64,000 bases of DNA from a virus (lineage: Duplodnaviria > Caudoviricetes): positions 96,001-160,000 of the IMG/VR virus record IMGVR_UViG_3300046786_000293; one strand, written 5' to 3'. Within the stretch, counting starts at the first letter, position 1, and each line of letters starts with the position of its first letter. The notes beneath the pieces were generated by a model that was not told the DNA's origin, ran no database searches, and saw nothing but the letters and a program-made list of their open reading frames with translations. Made by a program: the position numbers and the translations under genes. This document shows positions 33,244 through 43,311 of this stretch, in pieces.

Positions 33244-33696
33244 TTATAGTGTTATATCTTCCATACCTGCAGTTCTGAGTCTGCTTACGTGCCCCAACAT
33301 GAAGTTTTTACTTTCTAATCCCTTCATAAGTCCTAACCATTTATTGCGGACGAGTGCGACTTCGTTAATAATAGTTTCGAAATCGATTACTTCATCTTCT
33401 CCATCCACGTATTTCTCAGCATCACGACTAGTCAAGGCACGATTGTAATTTTCTAGATATTTTTGAAAATGTTTACGACGTATTTTGCGTAATTGAATAT
33501 TAAGGTAGTTAAGTACTGCCTCAATTTCTTGAAGTTGATTAAATCGTTGTTCTGTCAAACCGGGCAAAGATGCAATATTTTTTTCCAGGTTGCCTTTAAC
33601 TGAGCAGTCATACTTTGCCTGCTCTAGTTCGTTTTCATAAAAATTGATAAAGGCAGGAATATTGCCCATATCTTGAACAACTCGATTATACCACAT
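33244..33696 (-). CDS. uvsY: UvsY-like recombination mediator
   Basis: Helical; YLE.Y..ALTSRDAEKYVDGE motif; adjacent to RecA/UvsX. Confidence 0.7.
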   Translation of the reverse strand: MWYNRVVQDMGNIPAFINFYENELEQAKYDCSVKGNLEKNIASLPGLTEQRFNQLQEIEAVLNYLNIQLRKIRRKHFQKYLENYNRALTSRDAEKYVDGEDEVIDFETIINEVALVRNKWLGLMKGLESKNFMLGHVSRLRTAGMEDITL

Positions 33697-33923
33697 TATT
33701 CTTCGTAATCGTCGTATTCTTCGTCTTCTTCACCGCCGGCGTATTCTTCAAGACTACGCTTAGTGTAACTATCGGTACCCCCAAACTCTTTAAGTTCTTT
33801 ATCGCCGAGATAGTCTACTAGAATGCTCATGAGGTTGTCACTGGCTTCTTGTCTATCTTTTTGCGGAATATATTGCTTAAGAGTTTGATATACTTCGCTT
33901 AATAATTCTGAATCAATTGTCAT
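33696..33923 (-). CDS. Small acidic hypothetical protein
   Basis: 75-aa ORF in the operon. Confidence 0.6.
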   Translation of the reverse strand: MTIDSELLSEVYQTLKQYIPQKDRQEASDNLMSILVDYLGDKELKEFGGTDSYTKRSLEEYAGGEEDEEYDDYEE

Positions 33924-34983
33924 CTTCGATTACTTCCTCAGTTGCGACGACAGCATCTTTATGAGGATTTTTAATGTAGTCTTCCATAACCTTGTCTAAA
34001 CTACCGTCCTCGTTGCGTTCCCATGCTTTACGGAATTGCTTAATAACCGTACCGTCTACTAGAGTATATTTAAGACTATTGCCTTCTTTTTGCAATAATC
34101 CTTTGCCTTCAAACATGTCAACTAGTCCGCTGTAAGGATTCATGCCAGTTTCATAAGGAATCTTAACTTGTACGCTTTCGAATGGTTTAGCATAACGAGT
34201 TTTCATAATTTTACATGCGGCTCGAATACCTTTGACTTCGGTAACTTTGTTGCCATCTTCATCCTCTTTGAGTTTGAGTTTACGCATAGCGACAACAATA
34301 GAGCTTGCGTAGATAAAGCCTTGTCCGCCCGAAATCTTATCATCAGGATCAAACATATCCTGGCTTGCGTAGGTGTGGTTAGTTGCCACTAAGCCAATGT
34401 TTAAATCGCCAAACATGTTTACGCAGTTACGCACTAACGCAGTCAGCGCTTTTGGCTTACGTCCCATATCCCCTTTCAAGTCGCCAGCTTCGAACTGATT
34501 AACGTCGGTGGGGGTTAACATCATACCCAGTGAGTCTAGCACGAATAAGACTTTAGGACGTTCTGCTTCAGGAATGTTTTTATATTCTTTGACAAAGTCA
34601 TTGATAAGTTTAGCAACATCATCAATCATTGCCAAGTTAACCTTAAGCAATTTATCTTCAGTGGTTGCTACTCCGAGAGCATGTAGCCACGCTTCATCAA
34701 GTGCGTTTTCAGTGTCGACGAGGATAACGTAAATACCTTGCTCTTGAGCATTCTTAACGATATTTCCCGAGCAGATAAAGGATTTACCCGCACCAGATTC
34801 CCCAGCAAATACAGTAACTTTACCAAGCGGAATGCCTCGTTGAAAATCGCCAGAGATAAGATAATTAAGAGCGTAGTTGTTTGTTGAGATCCACGTATCT
34901 GGATCACGGAAGCCGATGGAAATACCATCAATACTTTTAGTGAGTGTTTTACGAAATTTTGATACATCGAATGGTTTTGCCAT
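33913..34983 (-). CDS. uvsX: RecA/UvsX-like recombinase
   Basis: GESGAGKS, DTENA, VLDSLG, GGQG..YASS. Confidence 0.9.
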   Translation of the reverse strand: MAKPFDVSKFRKTLTKSIDGISIGFRDPDTWISTNNYALNYLISGDFQRGIPLGKVTVFAGESGAGKSFICSGNIVKNAQEQGIYVILVDTENALDEAWLHALGVATTEDKLLKVNLAMIDDVAKLINDFVKEYKNIPEAERPKVLFVLDSLGMMLTPTDVNQFEAGDLKGDMGRKPKALTALVRNCVNMFGDLNIGLVATNHTYASQDMFDPDDKISGGQGFIYASSIVVAMRKLKLKEDEDGNKVTEVKGIRAACKIMKTRYAKPFESVQVKIPYETGMNPYSGLVDMFEGKGLLQKEGNSLKYTLVDGTVIKQFRKAWERNEDGSLDKVMEDYIKNPHKDAVVATEEVIEDDN

Positions 34984-35006
34984 GATTAAGTTCCTTATAG
35001 TTTATT

Positions 35007-36167
35007 TTACAGAGTTTTAATAGGATTTTCAATAATATATCTACCAATTATAGATTGAAAATCTTCTTTTAGTTTTGCCTTTGGGGCACAAAAGCCGCAT
35101 ATACAAAGTTTCTTTGCACATTCAATTACAGGTAGAGTTTTGTTTGTTAACTGGTTGTCTAACGTTTCTAACAATAAGTCTGCATTTTGAATATTTCCGA
35201 TTGCTCCTACATCGCCGTTAAAATTCATTCTACAATCTTTATTGACATAAACATTACCGGTTAATTGCTGAACAAATAAAAAAAACCAATTTACACTACA
35301 ATACCAAGATTTAAAATTTTGTTTGGGCACAAATGTAACTTTGTTTTTTAAATCACTATTCATACTTAATTGTCGACCGCCACAACATGCCCGGCCTTGA
35401 TTAATACTGTTATTATTAGTGGTTCCCACATCGCATATAATTTCTTTATAAGAATCTTGTTGTTTAGCAGACACTTGATTAATCCAAAATGTTTTTAATA
35501 TATTAAATTGTTCTGGAGAATACGACCACTCTTCTGCGCCATTATCTAATGGTTTTGCTACAAAATTAATATTATTTTGTTTGCAAAATTCAACCATAGT
35601 AATCGAGTCTTGCCACAATTCTTTTTTATTATTCATCATTACGATTACTTTGTGCGGTTTATTGATATTTTTTAAATTCAGTGCATTCTTCTTAAAAATC
35701 TCTTTTTGTTTTTGATTAACCTCGCTGTGATAACTTAGTGTAAAGTTATCTATTAGAGGAGTTATTTTTTTCCATTGTTGAGCACCAATAATAGCATTAG
35801 TAGTGCAAGTAACTGTTAAGAACCAATTATCTTTATAAGCCTGGTATTTTTTATGTACTTCGTTTAAGATTTCTACAATGTTCGGATGGTACAAACTTTC
35901 CCCGCCATAGACATTAAGAATAACCTTTCGTTGACTAAGTTTCTTATATTTCATATATAAGTCAACATAAGCAAACATAAAATCAATCGACTTGATACAT
36001 TCCTCTAATGGCGGATGCTTAGTCGAGTTATCATGACCACCATACTCAATACCAGTCGTACAATAACTGCAATCTAAATTACAAAGTTTTGTAACTTCCC
36101 AATCTAGTAGAAAACTAGGAATATTCTTTGGATCTAGCGCAAAAGATAAAGATGTAATTTCATTCAT
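35007..36167 (-). CDS. Radical SAM protein with a C-terminal auxiliary Cys cluster
   Basis: CNLDCSYC, GGE, SYH, C-terminal C..C...C.CG.C. Confidence 0.8.
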   Translation of the reverse strand: MNEITSLSFALDPKNIPSFLLDWEVTKLCNLDCSYCTTGIEYGGHDNSTKHPPLEECIKSIDFMFAYVDLYMKYKKLSQRKVILNVYGGESLYHPNIVEILNEVHKKYQAYKDNWFLTVTCTTNAIIGAQQWKKITPLIDNFTLSYHSEVNQKQKEIFKKNALNLKNINKPHKVIVMMNNKKELWQDSITMVEFCKQNNINFVAKPLDNGAEEWSYSPEQFNILKTFWINQVSAKQQDSYKEIICDVGTTNNNSINQGRACCGGRQLSMNSDLKNKVTFVPKQNFKSWYCSVNWFFLFVQQLTGNVYVNKDCRMNFNGDVGAIGNIQNADLLLETLDNQLTNKTLPVIECAKKLCICGFCAPKAKLKEDFQSIIGRYIIENPIKTL

Positions 36168-36981
36168 TTATTAGTATTTTACTTATGTGTCTGTTATTAG
36201 AAATAATCTCTTTAACTTGAGGTAAGTTATCAACTTTTCCTAGCGGTATTTTTCCGTGGCCTTCAAATTTATTATATGGGTCTACACCTTGCTCGATTAG
36301 CCATTCTTTATAACCTAGCTTCGACTCTATATCATTATATTCACCGAATAGTAAAAATGCTTCGCCGCTATAGTAATGCAAATTCTTTGCATTTTTATAA
36401 GTTATCGGAAGATTGTCCTCAAATAAATCTACATATTCTTTGCCTAATTCTGCATAGTGCAAAAACAATGTTCCAGGAGGACTTTGAAAATCAAAATATT
36501 GATAGTCATCCCTACCTAAAGGCATTCTTCTATATTGGTCTTTATTAAAGGACATATAAAATCCTATAGAAGAATCTTGTTTTACTTCTACCCTATGTGT
36601 ATAGAAGTTCAAATCACGTATTGCTTGTTTTAGTTCCGGACTAGCAATAGAAAATAAACGGGTTGGCTTACCGAACTCTCCACTTAGCTGTTCGAATTTC
36701 AAATGTAGATAATTAAAATATTCTTGATTTTGATCTAAAAGGTCAGATTTTAGATCTATGAAGTTTTTCAAATATCGATTAATGACTTCACAAGCACTAT
36801 ACAGTTTATTACTTGCTTCCTGCAAAGTCAGTAAGCCCCCAAACGCTTCATCTTGATTAAAATCACAGTTATCTAGGCACCATTCCAATTCTTTAGCCCA
36901 TTTATGAACAAAAGGATTGTCAGCGAGTAAGATATCAAACGACGCCTCATTTGAGGCGCCCAAGATAACTGTTAATTTCAT
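36160..36981 (-). CDS. Hypothetical protein
   Basis: 273-aa ORF. Confidence 0.65.
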   Translation of the reverse strand: MKLTVILGASNEASFDILLADNPFVHKWAKELEWCLDNCDFNQDEAFGGLLTLQEASNKLYSACEVINRYLKNFIDLKSDLLDQNQEYFNYLHLKFEQLSGEFGKPTRLFSIASPELKQAIRDLNFYTHRVEVKQDSSIGFYMSFNKDQYRRMPLGRDDYQYFDFQSPPGTLFLHYAELGKEYVDLFEDNLPITYKNAKNLHYYSGEAFLLFGEYNDIESKLGYKEWLIEQGVDPYNKFEGHGKIPLGKVDNLPQVKEIISNNRHISKILINE

Positions 36982-36983
36982 CG

Positions 36984-37979
36984 TTACTTCTGACGATTAC
37001 GAATCATTGCCAGAATGTCTTCAGCCCTTTGTGTACTAGGCTTGGCCTGTGCAGATGCAACCGGAGCAGTTGGTTCATCGTCTGTGTCAAAGGGAGGATC
37101 TTCTGCTACCACTGGTGCAGGAGCTGCCTTTGCAACCGGTGCGGGAGCAGATGTTGCTTCGCTAGCACGAGCAGTAGGAAGTTCACTGTTCATCATTCCA
37201 GCGGGCTTGTAGTAAGCACCCCAACGTTCCATATCAAATGGTTCGCCATCGACGCTGGCTTCAAACATTTCTTTGATGATTTTCAATTCCACATCGCTGG
37301 GCTTCTTGGGCAAGAAGTCAGCAAGGTTATACAAACCATACTTCTCAATTGCTTCAAGTTCTGTTTGAGTCAATGCACTTTCTTTACGTGCCCAAGTGGA
37401 TGTGCTGTAATCAGCATAGCCACCTTTGCTGGTTTTCTTGATGCTGAAGTCAAGTCCGCCAACGTAGTCAGTGGGAAGATTTTCCAAGTCAGGATCCATT
37501 AGAGCATTCTTTACCAGATTAAAAATCTGTGGACTGATAACAAATCGACGAATTGGATTCTCAGGGTTCTTGTCATCGCTCAACGGGTTGTCTCGAACGA
37601 AACCTTGGAACAGATAAGATTTCTTTTTCCAATACTTACGTCCCATTTCTTCAAGACTCTTGTCTTTGAACCATGTACGAACTTCTGCAAGAATCGGACA
37701 TGCTTCGCCCCACATTTCGACACAGGGAACCTGTACGAATGTTGGTTTGCTGTCAACTTGTCCTTTAACGCCGGCGAATGGCAATTTAATCATAAGTCTT
37801 TCGACCCAGAAAAAACTGTTCTTTTCATTTGCGTCTGGAAGAAAACGTACCCTTGCTGTAGTACCTTCTTGGATGTTCCAATGGGCGTAAATGCCATTGT
37901 CTCCGCCTTGTGAGCCGCCTTGGCCCTTGCTTTCTTGTGCTTGTAGTTTTGCACGGATTTCTGCTAAAGATGTTGCCAT
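36984..37979 (-). CDS. gp32: T4 gp32-like single-stranded DNA-binding protein
   Basis: RFLP, CP.C, YWKKKSY, DFSIKK..Y..S, acidic tail. Confidence 0.85.
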   Translation of the reverse strand: MATSLAEIRAKLQAQESKGQGGSQGGDNGIYAHWNIQEGTTARVRFLPDANEKNSFFWVERLMIKLPFAGVKGQVDSKPTFVQVPCVEMWGEACPILAEVRTWFKDKSLEEMGRKYWKKKSYLFQGFVRDNPLSDDKNPENPIRRFVISPQIFNLVKNALMDPDLENLPTDYVGGLDFSIKKTSKGGYADYSTSTWARKESALTQTELEAIEKYGLYNLADFLPKKPSDVELKIIKEMFEASVDGEPFDMERWGAYYKPAGMMNSELPTARASEATSAPAPVAKAAPAPVVAEDPPFDTDDEPTAPVASAQAKPSTQRAEDILAMIRNRQK

Positions 37980-38093
37980 AATGTTTCTCCTATAAATTTA
38001 AGATGGTCTTTGTTGTGCCTAGATACTCTATGCACCTTGCATAGTGTAACACTATTATTTATGTCTAGTCAAATATTTTTTTTAATTTTTTCT

Positions 38094-39116
38094 TCAATTT
38101 TCGAAAATTTCTTTCGAATACTCTGGTTGATGGCTATTAGGCCAAAAACTTTGTTTTTCGAAAAAAAGTTTTTGATTGTATTCGAAAATACTACGATACT
38201 CGGCTGCTAATGCCAAAAGTTCTTCAATTGATAATGTAGCTAAACGGGCAATTTCTGTTTGAATGGCTCGAAACCTGTCTTCGGTATTTTCTATTTGATC
38301 ATAAGTTTCGTTAATAAACGGACTAAAAGTTTTAAAACCAACCTTGTGTAAATTTGTTAAGGCGCCCGGACCTGCAAACAAAATAAAAGGTTTGCCAGTA
38401 TAAAAACTTCGCATAGTCTTTTCAGTAAACACATGCGAGTCATAGATATTGCTTTCAAATACAATTTCTATTAGATATTCATTCTTGTGATGTAGAATAC
38501 TATTGATCATATCGCAATAATCAAATTGGTATGTAGGCGAGCTATAGTCTAGTATTATAGGTAAATGATTCAACCAATCAATTTCATCTTTATAAAACTG
38601 ATAGTCTATTTTTTGCATTTGTTCACTAATCTCGCCCGATCCCATCCTACAACTAAGCATAGTGTATTCCGATAGATTTTGGTGCAAATACTTTGCCATT
38701 CTCATACGATACGGAGTATATCTATTAAATAGTGCCAAGAACTTTTTTGTGAACTTAGTATTATCAATAACACAATCTTTTTGTTGGATAGTCGTTTTAA
38801 TCCAATCGTTTAATGGAAAAGAATTCCATTTAACAAACGTTGCCCATTCGACACTTGGATCTTGAAATGCAATAATCTTTACTTTATCTTTAGGCAACTT
38901 ACATTCTTTAACTGCAACATTTAATACAGCCAATAATCCGCTTAATACCGGATCTTCACAGTCGATGGCATATACATGTAGCTCGTCGAACTTATCTCTG
39001 CGAATTCTATCTATAAACAAATCGGGACTGAATAACCATACATTAGAAGCATTGAAACATGCTCTTGCCGCAATGATTAAATTATTGTTATACGTTTTAA
39101 AAGGTTTTATTTTCAC
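38094..39116 (-). CDS. Hypothetical protein, GT10/exostosin-like C-terminus (paralog 3)
   Basis: IVFES..FTEKT.R..KPF..G..GFKTF..YD. Confidence 0.55.
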   Translation of the reverse strand: MKIKPFKTYNNNLIIAARACFNASNVWLFSPDLFIDRIRRDKFDELHVYAIDCEDPVLSGLLAVLNVAVKECKLPKDKVKIIAFQDPSVEWATFVKWNSFPLNDWIKTTIQQKDCVIDNTKFTKKFLALFNRYTPYRMRMAKYLHQNLSEYTMLSCRMGSGEISEQMQKIDYQFYKDEIDWLNHLPIILDYSSPTYQFDYCDMINSILHHKNEYLIEIVFESNIYDSHVFTEKTMRSFYTGKPFILFAGPGALTNLHKVGFKTFSPFINETYDQIENTEDRFRAIQTEIARLATLSIEELLALAAEYRSIFEYNQKLFFEKQSFWPNSHQPEYSKEIFEN

Positions 39117-40515
39117 CTGACTTTACACCGGATAACATTTTAATTGATTCTAGTTCACTATCTAAACTTTCTTTAACCCCGGCATCATAACCGCCGATCT
39201 CTGTATCAAAAGTAGTAGAACCGTAAGTTCCGTATCCATAGTCAAAGACACCAAATTTTGGAAATGCCATGTGAGGATCATGGGCTGCAATAATATCTTT
39301 TGCTCTGCTTACTTCTTCATTGCTTTCAAAGTAATATACCCCGTCTTGAAATCTCCACTCAAAATTATTACCGTTGAATAGTTCTGCTAATTCTTCGTCT
39401 TCGGCATCACCGTCCATTACATTACCATCGCTATCTTTAATGTGCATTGCATTGCCAATCGGGCTGCTTACATTAATGCCAGCAGCATCTTCGAGAACTC
39501 CATTGGCCCACGCTTCAAATTCTTCTGCCGTACGGTTGCGTTTGTCGTCGTAAGCACGTTTAACAATAGGTAGAGCCGCCATTAGTCTGTCATCAAATAC
39601 TTTTTTAATAAAACGTTCTTTAAGTGCTTCTAAGTCGATATCATCGTCAATAACTGTTTCAGGTTGCCATAATGATTTGTATTGATCGTAGCCTCGTTGA
39701 TTTCTTATTGTGAATAAATCTCTGTGTAACTTGCCATAATGATCTATTGCGGCTTCTACCATACTAGACGTTTCTGCATCTTCAAATTGTCTGCCCCGTG
39801 TATTACGCACAAACAATTTCAATGCATTCATTTCGGATATTATTTTATTAATATGTTGACCAAATTCATCGTGGAGGCTTCCACCATTTTTGATATGACG
39901 AGCATGTGCTCGTGCGCCGTTCAATGTGGTGCCTTCGGGTAGTCTAAATCTTTCTCCCAAGGAATTCTCGACGTAGAAACATTCTACATTGCGACTTCTT
40001 GCGCCGGGCTTGGTTTCGTCCACAATCGGCTTGCTGTGTCTGGCAATTATACGAACATTCTCCAACTTCTGATAACTGCTACGACTGGTGCCATATAGTT
40101 TGCTTTCGGTTACAGTAACGTCGTTAGCATTGATTACTTCTGCATCTTTGTTGATATGTTTTAAATCTCGTATGTTTAGACCACTCTTAGCGATGTCTCG
40201 GATATCAAAACTCAACATATTACGTTTTGCGAACAGTCTTATATTCTTTAAAAAACTATACCAATCCTGTCTAACAGAATCGTCCATATTCCTATCTATT
40301 TCTTTGTCGAAATAAACTTTAAGACTGTTATCATCTACTAGACTCAATGTAATATTGCCGTAGTTTTCTCCGTCGACTTCATAGTCGAAGTTAAAGAACC
40401 TAGCCTTTGTCGGGTCTAATGTGGATTTGGATGTTTTATCCCCAATATTAATATTATCAAATCTACTGCGGATTTTATCAAACAAATTTTCGGCAACTTT
40501 TTCAATTTCTAGCAT
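39097..40515 (-). CDS. Conserved virion-associated hypothetical protein
   Basis: 472 aa; follows terminase; TAAATA upstream. Confidence 0.65.
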   Translation of the reverse strand: MLEIEKVAENLFDKIRSRFDNINIGDKTSKSTLDPTKARFFNFDYEVDGENYGNITLSLVDDNSLKVYFDKEIDRNMDDSVRQDWYSFLKNIRLFAKRNMLSFDIRDIAKSGLNIRDLKHINKDAEVINANDVTVTESKLYGTSRSSYQKLENVRIIARHSKPIVDETKPGARSRNVECFYVENSLGERFRLPEGTTLNGARAHARHIKNGGSLHDEFGQHINKIISEMNALKLFVRNTRGRQFEDAETSSMVEAAIDHYGKLHRDLFTIRNQRGYDQYKSLWQPETVIDDDIDLEALKERFIKKVFDDRLMAALPIVKRAYDDKRNRTAEEFEAWANGVLEDAAGINVSSPIGNAMHIKDSDGNVMDGDAEDEELAELFNGNNFEWRFQDGVYYFESNEEVSRAKDIIAAHDPHMAFPKFGVFDYGYGTYGSTTFDTEIGGYDAGVKESLDSELESIKMLSGVKSGENKTF

Positions 40516-40525
40516 AGTAATATAT

Positions 40526-42097
40526 TTATGACGTAATCATAATGAATGGCATCGGCATAACTATCTCATCTGCAACATCTTTCAGTTTTTCGTCCAAGTT
40601 AGGATCGTATTCTCTAAGGAATACTGCAATACGCACCGCCAATAACATACTCATTACTAAATCGTCATGCTCTCCCGCTTTTGCTTCATAGCCTGATCCC
40701 ATGGCCACAAATGTTTTCAGTTCGCTAATTAGTGCTTTACTAGCAATATGTAGTTTTCGAGATTCTATCAATTGTTTCATTTTAGCACAAGCTGCTAGCT
40801 TAGATTTATTGCTAGTATTAAAACCTTTACGATAGATTCTACTTACGCCTGGGCGTTTAGGTTCGCTCAAAAATGATCCTCGAATATTTTCTTCGCCATA
40901 TTCACTAATTGCCACAAGAGTAGCTTCACCAATAGTATTGTTCTCTACACTCCAATAAATGTCATTGTCGTTTTGTGTAGTTTCTACTAGATACTTTGTA
41001 ATCTCTGCCAATATCTTAACCTGTTGTTGTACCGGTGTTTTATTGTGCTGCCATTCTCCGATTTGTTTCATGTCTGGAAGTTCTAGTACTTGTATAGCCG
41101 CAGGGTCTCCTCCGGTGCCTATGCTAGGATCTAATGCTACAATATAAACATTGCCTTTCTTAGGTTTAGCATACCAACGCACTTGTCCTTGTTTTTGTAT
41201 AGGTTCTATTCCTGCCATTTCTACTAGCATTAAAGGATTTATCAACGTCTCATCATATATGATGAATTCGCAATCCATTTCTCGTCGAAAACGATCCTCG
41301 CCAAGTTGTGCTCGCATTTCATCGGCCCACTTTGCATCTCTATCAGGGTGCTCTTTCCAATAAGATCTAAATGCTTTAAATCCGTTGATACCCAATTCAG
41401 TTTCATTGCCGTACTCGTCTAGTGTTTTATTTGCTTGACGCCAAATTTGAGCAAACTGATCTTCATCGCTATTGGGGGTTGAAGTAATAATACATTTACC
41501 ACCAGTTGCTAGCGTTGGACTAATGGATGTCCAAAACTCCGATGCAATAGTGGGTCTAACGAATGCAAACTCGTCGCAGTACAGTAGCGAAATAGACATA
41601 CCACGACCTGTGTTTTCTGTTGTGGTGGCACTTACTATACGTGACCCGTTATCAAAATCTATGCTACCTTTATTATAACTAGTGACCCCAGCACGAATAT
41701 AATCAGGCACACTTTCATATGCATATCGTATACGTTGCATAATTTCCTGCGATCCTGAATATTTGTGAGCGGCAACCAAAATAGTCGAATCGGGCACAAA
41801 CATTGCATACCAAAGTAAGTAACCAGCCGCAGTAGTTGATTTACCAGTTTGACGTGGCATCAAATTGATACTAAAACGATAGTTATGGTAACTATCAACT
41901 AACCGTTCTTGGTATTCAAATGGTACGTATTTCATCCTTCCCCTAGTAGGGTGCTGGATATAAAAATAATTGTTTAAAAAATAATGAGCGCCTGTTTTAG
42001 GATCCGCACATTTGATTACCTCGCGCAACTGCTGTTCAGTATAATTTTCCTGAACATTTGGTTTTTTGATTAATGAATTTTCGATGGGTTTAGCCAT
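40526..42097 (-). CDS. terL: Terminase large subunit (T4 gp17-like)
   Basis: PRQTGKS, CDEFAF, TST, nuclease DPS.G..D..HDD. Confidence 0.95.
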   Translation of the reverse strand: MAKPIENSLIKKPNVQENYTEQQLREVIKCADPKTGAHYFLNNYFYIQHPTRGRMKYVPFEYQERLVDSYHNYRFSINLMPRQTGKSTTAAGYLLWYAMFVPDSTILVAAHKYSGSQEIMQRIRYAYESVPDYIRAGVTSYNKGSIDFDNGSRIVSATTTENTGRGMSISLLYCDEFAFVRPTIASEFWTSISPTLATGGKCIITSTPNSDEDQFAQIWRQANKTLDEYGNETELGINGFKAFRSYWKEHPDRDAKWADEMRAQLGEDRFRREMDCEFIIYDETLINPLMLVEMAGIEPIQKQGQVRWYAKPKKGNVYIVALDPSIGTGGDPAAIQVLELPDMKQIGEWQHNKTPVQQQVKILAEITKYLVETTQNDNDIYWSVENNTIGEATLVAISEYGEENIRGSFLSEPKRPGVSRIYRKGFNTSNKSKLAACAKMKQLIESRKLHIASKALISELKTFVAMGSGYEAKAGEHDDLVMSMLLAVRIAVFLREYDPNLDEKLKDVADEIVMPMPFIMITS

Positions 42098-42166
42098 TTT
42101 TCGGTTGCTCTAAAATAGTAAATACTATATAATAGTATTTATTGATTAACCCAGTGAGATTTCGAA

Positions 42167-42688
42167 TTGTCTGACGTACTTTTACTCAACAGTGATTACA
42201 ACCCAATTTCAATTCTTCCATTAAGTGTTATCAGCTGGCAACACGCTGTTAAACTGTACTTTTTGGATCGTGTCCAAATTTTGGAAGAATACGAAGATTG
42301 GTCTATTCGTAGTGAACACTTCTCTATGAATGTTCCTAGTGTTTGTGTGACTAAAGATTACTTTCACTTCAAGAAGTCGGCCAAATTTAGTCGTCGCAAC
42401 ATGTACCTACGAGATATGTACCAATGTCAGTACTGCGGTGAAGTTTTTGATCAAAAAGATTTAACTTTGGACCACGTTATTCCACGTAGTCAAGGAGGTA
42501 AAACAACTTGGGAAAACAGTACCACTGCCTGCAAGTCTTGCAACCATAAAAAAGGCGATAAGATTATCAAACCTTTACGTGCTCCTTACAAGCCCGATCA
42601 TTACCAATTGATTAAGCATTGGAAGGAGCGTCCAGTACAAGTACGACACAAGTCGTGGTATACATACCTTGGGATTGAGCCTAAGTAA
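42167..42688 (+). CDS. HNH endonuclease (McrA-like)
   Basis: CQYC, TLDHVIP..GG..W.N..C..CN..K; TTG start. Confidence 0.85.
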   Translation: MSDVLLLNSDYNPISILPLSVISWQHAVKLYFLDRVQILEEYEDWSIRSEHFSMNVPSVCVTKDYFHFKKSAKFSRRNMYLRDMYQCQYCGEVFDQKDLTLDHVIPRSQGGKTTWENSTTACKSCNHKKGDKIIKPLRAPYKPDHYQLIKHWKERPVQVRHKSWYTYLGIEPK

Positions 42689-42931
42689 TTATTTTCCGAA
42701 CCAGAGTGCAAACCACGCTGGTGTGCCCGGTTTGATGCCTTGTTCGCGCATCATCCGGGCTTTTTCATTTGCGGGATTGTGTTGTTGCCATGCTGGTATG
42801 TCTTCGAAACTTCGGCGTGGTACTACACCATTGGCTATTTGATAAATTGGATCGTTGGGATCTAGTACAGTATCTTCATGACCTTGACTGCCTTGCGTGG
42901 CATCTAAGGATGTGAATCTGTATTGTTTCAT
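42689..42931 (-). CDS. Hypothetical protein
   Basis: 80-aa ORF in the late operon. Confidence 0.6.
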   Translation of the reverse strand: MKQYRFTSLDATQGSQGHEDTVLDPNDPIYQIANGVVPRRSFEDIPAWQQHNPANEKARMMREQGIKPGTPAWFALWFGK

Positions 42932-43311
42932 ACACCGAATTTATTTTTCTTAGGTTTAGCTACTGGGCTCTTTTTATAAGTACTCTTAACTTCTTCGCTG
43001 TTATAATTGCCCTTGTTAAGGTCGTGCCATTCACTACCTACGGCTGCAAATGCTTGTTGTAATATTTCTTGCTCTTCCTTTGTATATGGAATTGCGATAT
43101 TATATCTGCCTACCCAACTTTCTGGATCTATATGAATCGGGTGTTTGCCGTCGGCTACGGCTGCGGCCATCATGACACGATTTAATTCATAAAATCTATC
43201 GGCTAAATCGTGATCTCGGAATTTGTCCAAACCAACTGTAGCTTGTTGGAATCTTTGGCTAATGGGCCCAGATCCTCTTTCATCTTCCATAATGATATCT
43301 TTAATTTTCAT
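42928..43311 (-). CDS. Putative internal head protein
   Basis: N-terminal MKIKDIIME motif. Confidence 0.6.
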   Translation of the reverse strand: MKIKDIIMEDERGSGPISQRFQQATVGLDKFRDHDLADRFYELNRVMMAAAVADGKHPIHIDPESWVGRYNIAIPYTKEEQEILQQAFAAVGSEWHDLNKGNYNSEEVKSTYKKSPVAKPKKNKFGV